Shown here: positions 25,464 to 37,170 of the stretch, piece by piece
Position numbering within the stretch: the first letter of the stretch is position 1
How the letters are laid out: each line of letters begins with the position of its first letter
Assembly: GCF_003918875.1 (NCBI RefSeq)
Contig: NW_025765293.1
Location: 62,001-126,000 of the forward strand
Direction: 5' to 3'
Length of the DNA stretch: 64,000 bases
Origin: Haliotis rubra
Taxonomy: Eukaryota
Program-made: the position numbers and the translations under genes
The notes under the pieces: model-generated
Database searches by the model: none
What the model was told of the DNA's origin: nothing
The model's input: only the letters and a program-made list of their open reading frames with translations

Positions 25464-28400
25464 GTTCTCTAAAGCGGGATTCTGGTGATAATTTTTCCCC
25501 TGGTTAAGCCTTGTAATTTACTGGAGGAGTGGACAGATCTGTGACACACAATGGGGTTGGACTTTAGGTGTTGTATATCAACTCATGTCATATTGACCAA
25601 AAATAAAGCCTGGTATTAACATTGGCGTGGAACTCTAAGACTGGCATATCCATCTCTACACACCCCATTGTCAGAGGTAGACCCAGTGTTTCACGACAGT
25701 AACTCACACACAACTTTCAATTTTCAATGTTGTAAATGTACATCGGGGGCCATGTTGTAATGAGCTCTGTGACATGGTAGGATTGTACATTACACATTAT
25801 TTGTGTAGATACATGGACCAAGGAAAACCACAAAGTAAACCCTCTGTGGGGAATTTAAATTATTTCCAAACACAACAGGACTGATTAGAATATAGACACA
25901 GACAGTTTCGTAACTACATTTCTCTCCTGACACAAGTACCATGACGCATTTAAACTAGGACATTCTATGTCCGCTTCAATCACTTTCATTGTCTAACTGA
26001 ACTGACATCAACATGTCAATCTCACAGCTACAAATATTATATTTCAATCTCTAGCCTCCACATATGGGTATTTATATTATTTATTTCACAGAAGAAAAAC
26101 AAAATATGTCAAGATATTCATGACTTGAAACAACTTTTTACTCAACCATCAACTCAGTTGTTAGTTGTGACATGTCCCAGAAATGTATGAAATGTTTCAT
26201 AAACTAATCAGTTATAACATAATAATAATCATAACAATAATCCTGTGTGGATGTAAAATGCTGCTAGTACACAAATGAAAACTGTCCTGTAGAAAACCGA
26301 CATATTTAGCTAACCTAGTTACATTGTTGTACACAACATACAACACATGAACAGGTAACTTCTATGTCCGCTTCTTTCAGTTCTGTTGTATTGAATTTGT
26401 CTGATAAAGTTGATGTGTGATATTTACAAGTTTACACTGGGTCATGTGTAGTTTATTTCTTAGGCCAGGACTTCATTAATGAGTGATTTCTTGATGTCAG
26501 ACATGAGGATCTCCTCCCAACTGACCACCTTCATGTTTACTGTGCAGCCACTGAAAGGATGGACAGCAAACACAGGGAGAAGATCCTCCTTGAACTCCAC
26601 ATCAACTTTCCCTAAAACAGCCGACCTGTCTACGTCAATAAATCCTATTCTACCCCTCCCGACATCCAACACAACGCCATAGTGGAGGGTGGCCTGTGTA
26701 CCGGGTTTGTTAGACATTGTGTTTCTGTAACACTTCCCCCGCTCCCCCGCCAGACACACCTTGGTACAGAGACTCCCCCGGTGTGTGTCACAGCTCACTA
26801 CACTGACACACCAGGAGCGGGGCTGGTAACAAACACACCACCCACTGTCTACCTGGCTCTCCTCCCCCATACCCACCTCCAGGACAGGCCACCCCAACAC
26901 TCCATCCACCACACCCACCCTGGTGTGGGTCTCCCAGTATCGTGTTGTGTGGGGGACATAGGTGACACTAGAGGGGGATGGAGGAAGGGGGATGGGGGTG
27001 GAGCTACACGTGTGCCCATCAATGCCTGTAGACTGCCACTGTCCGTGTGTTGTGTGGCGGGCCGCGAGTTGGCCAGCTCCCCGTCTGTAGTAACATGGCA
27101 GTAGTCTGTGTTGACTCGACCAGCGTCCAGTTGGAGTTTAGGACCTGGAAATATACAATTGTTATTTTACTGAGTTTAGCAACTGTATTTCCTACAATAT
27201 ATCATTGTATTGTTTGTTCCGTGTCGGTGATTCCAAAACAGCGCACTACATGTTCGGCTGCCATTTTCGTCCGTCTGTAAATACAGCGATACCCGTGCCC
27301 TAGATAGTAATAATAACGATATGATACTATCCAGATGGGTATTTAAATTGTTTGTCATACATTTCTACATGCATTGGTAAACAAATAAACACTGGTTTAA
27401 ATATTTTTTTCACCCAGCTGAGTTTGACCTATTTTGTTGTGACGGCGGTCAGAAATAGACACTACTGCTGCCTAATTAAGGGATTATTTCAACATCATTT
27501 CACTATAAATCTATAACCATAGGTATTCTAAACTCATATCACACAAAATAGTAAAGAGTGAGACAGATAGTATTGCTGTTTGCCGATATTTTTACATTTG
27601 AGTGTTTAACAGACAGAACGTGAACCGGTAACTTCTACGTCCGCTTCAATCACTGAACACAGTTTCACGACACTCGCTGTGTGGGGAAGGTAATTGTCCG
27701 GTCGTGTGTGTTGATTAAGATACGTATTTGTGAATGGTATGGATAATAAACGATTTAATTAAATATATATAAATACTGCAGCATAGCAATAATCAATACA
27801 TTTTAAGTTAAACACACATATACATATTTCACCCTGCAGACTGAAGAAAACTGCAGATTCAAAATTGATCTAGTTTGGGGGCGTTTGTCCGTAAGAGTTG
27901 AATTGAAACAATTTTTAGACAAGGTCAGTATATAACCATTTCCAATCTATTTACTGGTTCTGCAGTTCTCTTATAACATCATATACTAAAGCAGCATGTT
28001 TGGGCACAATTTATCCTTCTTTGGACCACTGAAACTACTGATTTTGAAAATAACGAAATGGTTAAAATGAGGTCTTATAAATGATGCACATTCACATCTG
28101 TTGGGTGGTGGCTGGTTGGTTTGTTGCTTAACGCCGCACTCGGCAATATTCCAGCTCTATGGCGGTCTTTAAATATTCGAGTCTGGACTAGACACTCTAG
28201 TGATGAACAGCATGAGCATCGATCTACACAACTGGGATACGACGACATGTGTCAACGACGTCAGCGAGCCTGACCACCCCATTCCGTCAGCCGCCCCTTA
28301 CGACAAGCATAGATTACCGAAGACCAATTCAAAGCCGGATCTTCACAGGTGTGGGGCGGTGGTGCAGACGAGTAAATGCGTGAAGAGTTCCCTCGTCAAG

Positions 28401-28529
28401 GCGGTGGCCGGACCACCAGATTCAAACTGCTGAAATCCGGATCTTCACCAGCTCGGGTAGGAAAGGCTCGCGGATGCTTTGCAAGGAGTGTTAAGGGTCA
28501 GTCAGGTCACTCTTGCATCCAACAGTGAG

Positions 28530-28890
28530 GTGAGGTGAGGTAAGGTGAAATTGGGTTTAACGTCGTGCTTGAGAATATTTCGCTCATATGACGACGTGCA
28601 TGCGTGTGTATGTGTATGTGCGGCTTCTTGTACTAGCCCAGACGGAAGCTGTTTTTATAGTGCTAACCCACTGAGATACCATGTTGCAGTGAAGCATGAA
28701 TACCCCACTAAGACACATAATACTGACTCCGAGCCGACCAGTCCTTGATGTACCCATTAATGCCGAGCGCCAGGCAGGGACCAACAAGTACCATATTTTA
28801 ACGTCTTTTGGTATGACGAGGTCGGGGATCGAAACCGCGACCTTCCGCTCTCCGGGCGGACGCTCTAACCACTACACCACGGAGGCGGTC
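28530..28890 (-). mobile_element. Full-length tRNA-derived SINE family C with 15-bp TSD
   Basis: Head gaccgcctccgtggtgtagtggttagagcg...ggtttcgatcc (A/B boxes). Central gtcataccaaaagacgttaaaatatggtac...ccctgcctggcgctcggcatt resembles the Meta-SINE core as I recall it. TSD gcatccaacagtgag at 28515-28529 and 28891-28905. Confidence 0.9.
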
Positions 28891-31800
28891 GCATCCAACA
28901 GTGAGTGAAAAGGGCACATCCACAAGAAATCTATCTGGAGCAGAATCTAAATATATTTCATTCAAAATGTTTGAGAAAGAGTGAGTATAATCCCATCACA
29001 AAAAACGTAACATTGTTCTACACGATAATTATAACAGACAAAGGGACAGTATTAATGTGCCTGGATATGAACGTCATAGAAGCGGACAAGAACTATTATT
29101 ATATTATTATTACAATGTTAAAAGGTCATCATTTCTCCTGGCTTCATCGGATTTTGTGAGATCCAACCCGTTATTGGCCTTCATTTGGCGAGTAACCAGT
29201 CAGGGATGCCCCAAAATATATCAGTGATAATCATGATTATGATATAACAAATGTGATATCGGATATATCAAGACCTTTTTCGAGTGAGTTATCTATCATC
29301 ATGAAACCCCCCCAAAAATTATGTCTGATATAGGATTGTGTGAAGTGCACGAAACTACATGATGCGTCATTAATGAAGTTGGGTGTCGAGCTACAATCTC
29401 CAACAGAGGTCTGTATTTCATAGTATACTCGTGATGATTGAAATTTACTTACAGATGATGAAATTAACACTGCGGTCCGGTCTTATGACGTGCAATGTGA
29501 CATAGCCTGTTAAAGAAGAGGTTAAAACATCACAATGACACATTTGTTTCTGAACATAGATAAGATATGAAATAATTGTTACATGATATTTCGTCAGTGG
29601 GTTGTGGTTCAACCGCCTTTACATATTTTAAGTCATACCATAGAGCGTCGAGGTGATGTGGTTATGGCATAAGTTGATGGAAGTCATCACAGATAATTGT
29701 TGTAACATCAACAACAGTGTGATGCACAGACTGGAATCGTCAACTTAAATGAATTAAACAGTTCAAGCATGCAGTTGTTGAAAACTCTATTTTCGTTTTA
29801 AGCTGATACACGTTTCACAGACATGTGTAATTAGGTTTTGGAACATCAGGAATGCCTGTTTTCTTGCCTTTGTGACAAAATGTGAAATTCCATGTTTTCC
29901 AAGTCTAAATTAAACAGCAGTTACTAAACTGCATCATGAATCTGTGGTTTTGTAGGTATGAATATTTATTGAATAACTAGTTCTGTTATGGGAACTCAAT
30001 TGAAATGTAAAACCCGATCGTCTCTGCTGAAAGAGATTTCATTGGGTCCTCAAGACAAAATGTTATGAACGGCTTGATGAAGATCAATGAGGGTACCTGT
30101 TCGCGAACAGAGAGAGCGGGTTATGTCCTACTGGTAGAACGAAAATAAACCAGATTGTACATACCTTGAAACGTAATACCACGTGGATTTGTCTCGCCGG
30201 GGATGAATGCTGCGGTTATGAGCTGAAAGTAAAGGTGTACACTACTCATGCATTAAGACAGAAAATTGTGTGTGTATAACCTTATTCGGTTGACTTTCAT
30301 CCATATCATGTACCATATCATGAGTTTATCCAGGTTCATGCCAAATATACTTGTGACTGAGATTGGGAGTTATGACCTAATTACCTACATGTTACGAGGA
30401 CATGAACTCATTTGAAATGATGGAATGACCTCTCAATCGACCGTGACGTCCCTTGCGACAAGAAGTGAGTACTGATGAAACCCAGAATCCTCATAGGAAT
30501 ATTGGACGTACATTTGTGACAATGCCATGCACTTCTTGTGATGTTAGCTGTTCAGGTTCCTGTGATCTCGCCATTCTGCTGTCTGATCCTTTGAGTTCTG
30601 TTCACAGAAGAAAAAATATGTTTGTATTGTATTTGATACAAGGATGTGATTGTTGGTGTTTACAGAAGATTACGTCAATAAAACGTAACATTAGGTCGGT
30701 AGAAAACACATTTACATTTTCAGTTAATGATGATTTAAGCACTTGGTTATTATATACTGTAAGGTTTGAAAGTTGCTTGTGTTATTTGCTGTGTAGTCCT
30801 CCACCATGGTGGTGTAATGTACCTGGGATGATGCTATGTATCATCTGTCGGAGTTGTTGCCACCGCCCTTCATGCATCTGAAACAACAACAACACTTGCA
30901 TTAAACGGTTCAGCAGAATATGTGTGTGTACATATTTGCATCTGTCTATCCATCAACCACAAACACATACACACACTCACGCACACACACAGTTGGACGC
31001 ACGCAAGCACACACACACACACACTCATGCACTTACATACATAAACACAAACGCGCGCAGGCACATGCGCGCACACATATATACAAACATGGATACATGT
31101 GTGGATAATTGGAGACTATATTTACTGTAACGTGACATCATACCATGATGGTTTCTCGTTCTCTCCTTATCGTCGTCAGCAGATCTGAAATAGAATACAG
31201 ACCAGACCAATATAAAATGATGTTGATGGTTAATTGTCTCTTTACAGCTTATATTCACAATTAAATCAGTTGAAAGTATTATATTTCTTTGCATACGTGA
31301 AACATAAATATAGCTTAGTAACAAGTATTCTGTTTTATGTAAAACTATTCAAACTGACTGAATCATAAACGCAAAGGTCCAGTTCAATTAGTCAAACGAG
31401 ACAAGGGTCCATATCCGTTAGTAGTATCTAAACGTAAACTGTCTTGATTTATATTCACCTTGTGAAGTAGGCTGATAATCTGGAATATGATCCATGTTGA
31501 GACTGGAGGCGAGACCACCAAATGTGTCGATAAGTTCCTCCAGGGCTCTCTGGCCTTGAAAGGTAAGAAGGATTCTTGTGTCTTGTGTGTCATCTTCTGA
31601 AAGCTCCCTCTTCATATTTTCATGACATTTCGTCTGGAGTACATCTGTGAGAGTAATGAGCTCCTCTCGTCTTGTAGATTCAAGTGTTCTCTGGGTGTAG
31701 TCTATCGCCGATACTATTGAAGTATGGACGTCATGTAAAGTGTCAAGTTTCTCTTCAACCATTTCGTTTGGGGCTTGGAGACTCATTTGAAGTTCTTCCA

Positions 31801-34800
31801 TGAGTTGTTTCTGTCGATGAAGGAACTTTGCAGCAACACTTTTGCAAACTGCCATGATGTCCTCTTTCAGCTTTCTCTGCGTCTCTGCCAGTTGATTTTG
31901 GTGACTGGTGACACTTCCCATCCTGTCAGTGACATCTTTCAGTTTATGCTGCTGCTTCTGTACTTGCTGCTCTAGCTGACCCTTTGCTACGTCATAGGCC
32001 TGATTGAGGTCTTCATTCTGGTGATCCTTGTGGGCCCCATGCACACATATAAGACAGACAGCTTTCTTACACGTGTGGTCATACAGCTGCAGTTTGTTGT
32101 CAGGGTGGTCACTGCAATTACCTTCCTCAGCCACAGCTTCATGGAGATATTCTCTGTCTGGTTGATGTCACTCGTCCAATGGTTTTGATTCGGTTTCAGT
32201 TTGTCATGCATGTTATGACAGTCGGAACAGAGGCGTACATTACATTCGTGACAGAACATCACAGCCGGTGTAGCATGATCTTCTTCGGTGTAGTTGCATT
32301 TCTTCCCTTTGTCAACATTTTCAGAGTAGGCAGCTTCATTTCGTCTGACATGATCTACTGTTGTCTGTTCCATGGTGACCTCGCGGCCACAGGAAGGACA
32401 GTGGATGCATTCCTCTTCCATTCCTGTCTGTGAAGCTCGGTAATCAAGGCATGGCTTACAGGCAGAATGAAGGCATGGAAGAAGACGAAGCTGACTCTCA
32501 TCACAGCAGGACTCAGTCGAAAACTGGCACACTGTCTCAGTGGAACCTAACAGCATAAAAATAACACAAAATGTAGTTAGACATTCACAATTTTGTTGTA
32601 ATTAATGTTATGGTTTGGTTAACTTTTCGTGAGGTTTTTACTCACCTTACTCAAAAACTACATTTACATTGATTGAATGATGGATTATTGGCCTACCATA
32701 GTGAATTTTGAATTATTAGTTAACGATTAAAAACAAAGTTGTCAATATAAGCTATCACTGTGTCCAGACACAATTACATCTTAACTGTCAAGGGTGTAAG
32801 GCGACTAATTGGAACAGCCACCTTGCCATGCAAATGTGCCAAATTGGAAAACGATTGTAGTTTTTTTAAAATGTGGCCAAACACGGCCCTCGAAAGTTTT
32901 CTGCTAGACTGTAAATATACATGACGGATTCTTGGTCTTAATGTACCTGCACGTTGGATTTGCTCTGTATTGTCCACCCTGTCTGAGACTGTGACCTTGA
33001 ACACCCACTAGAGCATCGTATGCCTCCTGTTTCTTCCCGCAGTGTCTGAAACGACAGATATCGCTGCATCTCATTTGTAGTTTTATTATTATGCTGTGCA
33101 TGTAATTGTTCCTCTTTGTTTCAGACGTTGTCCAGATTACGACTTACAACACATAGCATTACATCTACCCACCTTCTCCACGTTCTCACATTTTGCTTGA
33201 GACTGCTGCAACTCATCATTTGACTTTGACAATGCTGTCTTCACTGAAAAGACAAAGATGCGAGGATTGAACCTGATATCAGTTTGTCACATTCCAGAAA
33301 TTGATTGTCATGTTTTATTGTAAATGTAGTCATCATATCTTTCCCCAAATATGACAAACAGCAATATTACAGGCATCACCATCGACGCTGACAAATTAAA
33401 CTATGTTTTCGAAATGGCGAATATAAATTATGTTAAACAATATTTACTGTATTATTTCACGAAATAAGGTTAATTATGACATCACAGTAAAGGTGACATC
33501 CAATTTCATCACAGATAATCGGTATCGACATAAGAACGATTAGGTTTGACATCGTCATCGATGTATTCTTCTGTCAGCATATTCATGGACAGAAAATTTC
33601 TATTCACAAAAGCCAAGTCAGTTTGACTGTCATGTGGGTTGACTGTCATCATCCCACTCCATGACTCTAACGATCCCAAAAAGATCATGGTCAAGAATAG
33701 TTGATGTGGTGACATTCTCGCTAACGTTTTACTGCCAGCGGTAAAAACCCAGGCAAAATCGTAATTTGTCGGTAAACATTTCACGTAATTCACGCACAGG
33801 CCGTCTCTGGTGTTGCCTGGCCCCGTCGATCTACACTCTGCACCTCCATCATTCCCACAATTCGTGATTTTGTCTGGTCATATCTCTGAGGTGCCTGCCT
33901 GCATTTTGCGATTGTGAGTTACTCCATGGTCGCACACATTTTGGCTTCTGTGTGCACATTCTTCTGTTGCTGCGTTCAGATGCAATAATTGATAAGGTAA
34001 ATATATATCTCAAATATATGTACATCCAGGTCATTAGTTCTCCCATTAGTTTGTTGGTAATATATGTTATAAAAAATAGGTATCAGCTTACGAGCTTCAA
34101 TTTGTACGTTCTTTCCTTCTATCTCTGACATGTGTTCATCACTTTCTTTCTTCATTCTTTCCTCCAGTTCAGCATGGTCAATGTTGTTTTGTTCAATATG
34201 TTGCTCAAGTCCTTCTATTGCCTGAAAACAAACGTGAACGCCCAGTAAACAAGTATATAACGACATCTTGTAAACAAACGATCTGACATTTTATCACATT
34301 AACACGTCTTATATAAGTTTCAAAGTAGCTGAAAGATTACGTTTTAAGATTAGTACCGTTGGGAAACACTAAATGCCAGTGCAGTAATCGTCTGATCAAA
34401 CTATTCACAAGAGAAACGTCATTAAACAAGATAAGAATACAAGATTGCAATGCATAATCACAACTTACAGATTTCAAGTCAGCTATCTCTCCATCTTTTT
34501 TAGCAAGTTCCTTTTTGTACTGAGCTTCCAGTTTGTCCTTGTTAACATAGACGAGATCTGTGTTACCTAAAAATATAACAGTTTCCTTTTTGAAGAAAAT
34601 GGTGTCACAAGATTTATCATATGAAGCGCACAGGGGAATATTCTGAGGCAGTTTTCATTCGATTAACTTAAATATATTATTGTGAAAGGCATTCTTAATT
34701 GCCACTAATATCGAAGGCACATCTTGGAGAAGATTGTAGTGCCACAATTTGACAACCATCATGCGCTCACAAGGCCGGTTTACACGAGAACACATGTCCC

Positions 34801-35418
34801 CAGAGAAGTGCAGTGATGGATTTCCCTACTTCTGGAGACAATAACAACTCCTCCATGGCCAACACAAAGTCAAGACCTGAATCATTTCAGGACGCTGTGT
34901 ACTTCAGAGAGCTGCACTGTACAGAATCTTGCTGATCAGGAACAAGCGCTCGACGAAGTGAAACAGACCGTGTCTGATTCTGTCTGTGAGAAGACATTTC
35001 AATCAGTCATCCCAGTGAGTAGTGGCTTCACATCATACTGACATTATCGCCTCTTTTAGTAGCTTCAACCAGCGACTTTTGAATACTGCTTGATTCAGCC
35101 ATTGAGGATGATGGGCGGGTACAAATGAGGCCCAGGGCAGGAAAACAGACTGGCATGAAACTGTCATTCTGTTAGAGTTGACTGCTGTCGCCTTGACAGA
35201 AGGCCTGTGACATTTGTAATCTCTTGGTACATAAAGTGAAGCGTCGCCATAATAACAGCTACTGCCAGTATTTATATATTTATGGTATATATTTATGTAT
35301 ATATACAGTTTTAACATTCTTACTTTACTAGGTTCACTTGGCAAATCCATGTCTTTGATGCCTAGATTTTTAGCAATATTTGTACGCACTTCTAGAAACC
35401 CTTGGAAGGTTTGCCTAC

Positions 35419-35693
35419 CTGCTTCTGTTGAGATTTTATCAAGTCTTTCCTTGATGAAAGGCTGTGTAGTGTCGAGGACAGCACAGAGCGTCTTGTAACC
35501 TTCTACTCCCTTCTTTTTAAGCGTCTCCAACACCAGCTCACATTTCTCTGTCCCTAGCTTGTCTACACCTATGATAGTCTGTCTGTGTGAAGATACATTT
35601 CTCATACAAGGCATCCAACACAGGGTCGACCTGAAGGTTCTCCTTCAAAAATGTGTGTGTCTTCTGAAGGACAGCAACGTGGGAAAGGTCCAT
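35419..35693 (-). CDS. CARD (caspase recruitment domain) exon of gene B, with one frameshift near 35553
   Basis: Acceptor ttatag at 35720-35721, ATG at 35693, CARD-like hydrophobic pattern (L..NL.VDPVLDAL....IFT..D...; C..VL..L.KKG..GY..LC.VL...QP.I...L), phase-1 donor G|gtaggc. Confidence 0.8.
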
Positions 35694-35959
35694 TCTGTTA
35701 TGTCAGGTGGTATAAATATCTATAACAGCAAAATCACACGTTATCAATAAGAGGTATGTTTATTGTCTTCTATATTTAGTATTTATGAAATATAGGGATT
35801 TATAATGAGTTTCGAGGTGGTATAATGCAAACATATCAGCCACAAAAAGAAACTGTACATTGTTACAGTATCTCTAAATTTGAAAACATAACAACGGTTT
35901 TCACGTAAACTGTAATGGGTGGATATAGAGATCATAAAAGGAATGCAGAACAGCATGTT

Positions 35960-36660
35960 TAAAGTTTTCTTGGGGATATGGAATTGGTACGCCACAGATG
36001 CCACTTCATTTCATTGCAAACATTCTTTATAGGGGAGAGATCGTGAATGTGCGGGCCAAGGCAGTACTTGAACATTGTGCTGTTGAAGAAATGCCACAAC
36101 AACCCTATCCGTGTGAGGACAGGCATTGTCATGTTTGGATGTCAATCCTGGGTTATGAAGTTAATTAAATTGCCACTGGTTCGAGAATCTGATGTCTGTA
36201 GCCCACATCAGTCAAATTGTCCTAACAACTAAACGTATTCTCTGACGTGCATTTATCTCATCCAAAATCACGGAACCAGCACTAATAGCGATTCCTCTCC
36301 TTGACATTGTCTTGCCCAAATACTACCCACGACGCTGGTAGACACGTTGACGTCAGTCACTACGGGAACAGTTAAATGTGGACTTGTCTGTAAAACCAAC
36401 AGTCCTCCATCACAAATAAGGTACACGGAGATGATTTTGACAAGCCTTTGGCTCTTCTCTCGATGTCGTCGTATCAGGATAGGTCGTATGGCGGGACGAC
36501 GTGGTTGCATCCCATAATGACGTTGAAGCTTTCCCTGACTTTGTCGCCGAGTCCAAGAATGGTCTGAGCAGTAGTAACAGTGGTGAACACTGCATTCTGG
36601 GATATGATAATCACCCACATCCATCTGTCATGTTTTAGCGCCGTGGCGCGTGTTTCCATG
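35960..36660 (-). mobile_element. Decayed Tc1-family transposase
   Basis: Frameshifted minus-strand pieces: HYGMQPRRPAIRPILIRRHR, CQNHLR..WRTVGFTDKSTF, YRHQILEPV, HDNACPHTDRVVVAFLQQHNVQVLPWPAHS.DLSPI. These are DD34E-type motifs. Confidence 0.85.
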
Positions 36661-36964
36661 CCGAAACCACTGACATCTAGAAACGAAGCACTTGTATATC
36701 TCTTTAATTTGGTTCTCTAAATACTTTGTTTTCACGGATATTTGTGTGCATATGTAGTTCCAATGTAAACTAAAGGGCAAAAGAAACGATACCAAGGGAG
36801 CTTTAACTGTTACTTTGACGAACCACACAATATCATGTATATAAGCGAAACAGATGTGTTGTCAATATAAATGTCACATGGCATTCACTGCACAAGTGAG
36901 GTGATACATGCCCAGTATGAGGTCACACCACAATGAATATGACAATCATGAGAATATAAACTTA

Positions 36965-37170
36965 TCAGTATCTCGAATGTCCACCACAGGCATCAACACA
37001 GGGGCCCAGGTCTACATCGTGCTAGGAATGTCAAACTCTTGGTAACGAGCAGAGATATTCTTCGTTACAGCGTGAAGAGCCTGGAAAAGCTGCTGTCTGT
37101 TTTTGGGCATCACAGGTCTTGCACGAAATTTTGAATCCAAATGATCCCAAAGATGCTCAGGTGGTGACTT
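36965..37170 (-). mobile_element. Tc1 transposase C-terminal fragment
   Basis: SPPEHLWDHLDSKFRARPVMPKNRQQLFQAL matches the Tc1 SPIEH(L/V)WD.L...VR.R...P.N..QL..AL region. Confidence 0.75.

Larger units (their letters stand above)
26460..35693 (-). pseudogene. TRIM gene B: CARD-coiled coil-RING-Bbox1-Bbox2-coiled coil-B30.2/SPRY-like (about 890 codons); exons 35693-35419, 34566-34469, 34221-34092, 33243-33173, 33045-32947, 32546-31459, 31184-31144, 30877-30823, 30597-30512, 30222-30165, 27144-26460; frame breaks near 35553, 33000, 32146, 27010
   Basis: CARD-like MDLSHVAVLQKTHTFLKENLQVDPVLDALYEKCIFTQTDYHRCRQA/TEKCELVLETLKKKGVEGYKTLCAVLDTTQPFIKERL. Heptad-rich small exons follow. RING-like C....LLPCLHSACKPC...CPSC; Bbox1 FCHECNVRLCSDCHNMH; Bbox2 CSDH...YDHTCKKAVCLICVHGAHKDH. 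SPRY-like YWETHTRV...LEVGM...LHYGVVLD...IGFIDV...LLPVFAV. All introns are GT-AG with matching phases except at the frameshifted 99-nt exon. Confidence 0.8.

Noticed and set aside
35033-35418. Extension of the 193-aa ORF beyond the CARD
   Set aside because: The next exon needs a phase-1 donor, present at 35419 (G|gtaggc), so the rest is most likely intron read-through.
36268-36676. Possible upstream coding exon of the CARD-TRIM gene
   Set aside because: The translations are pieces of a Tc1 transposase (RRPAIRPIL, FTDKS).
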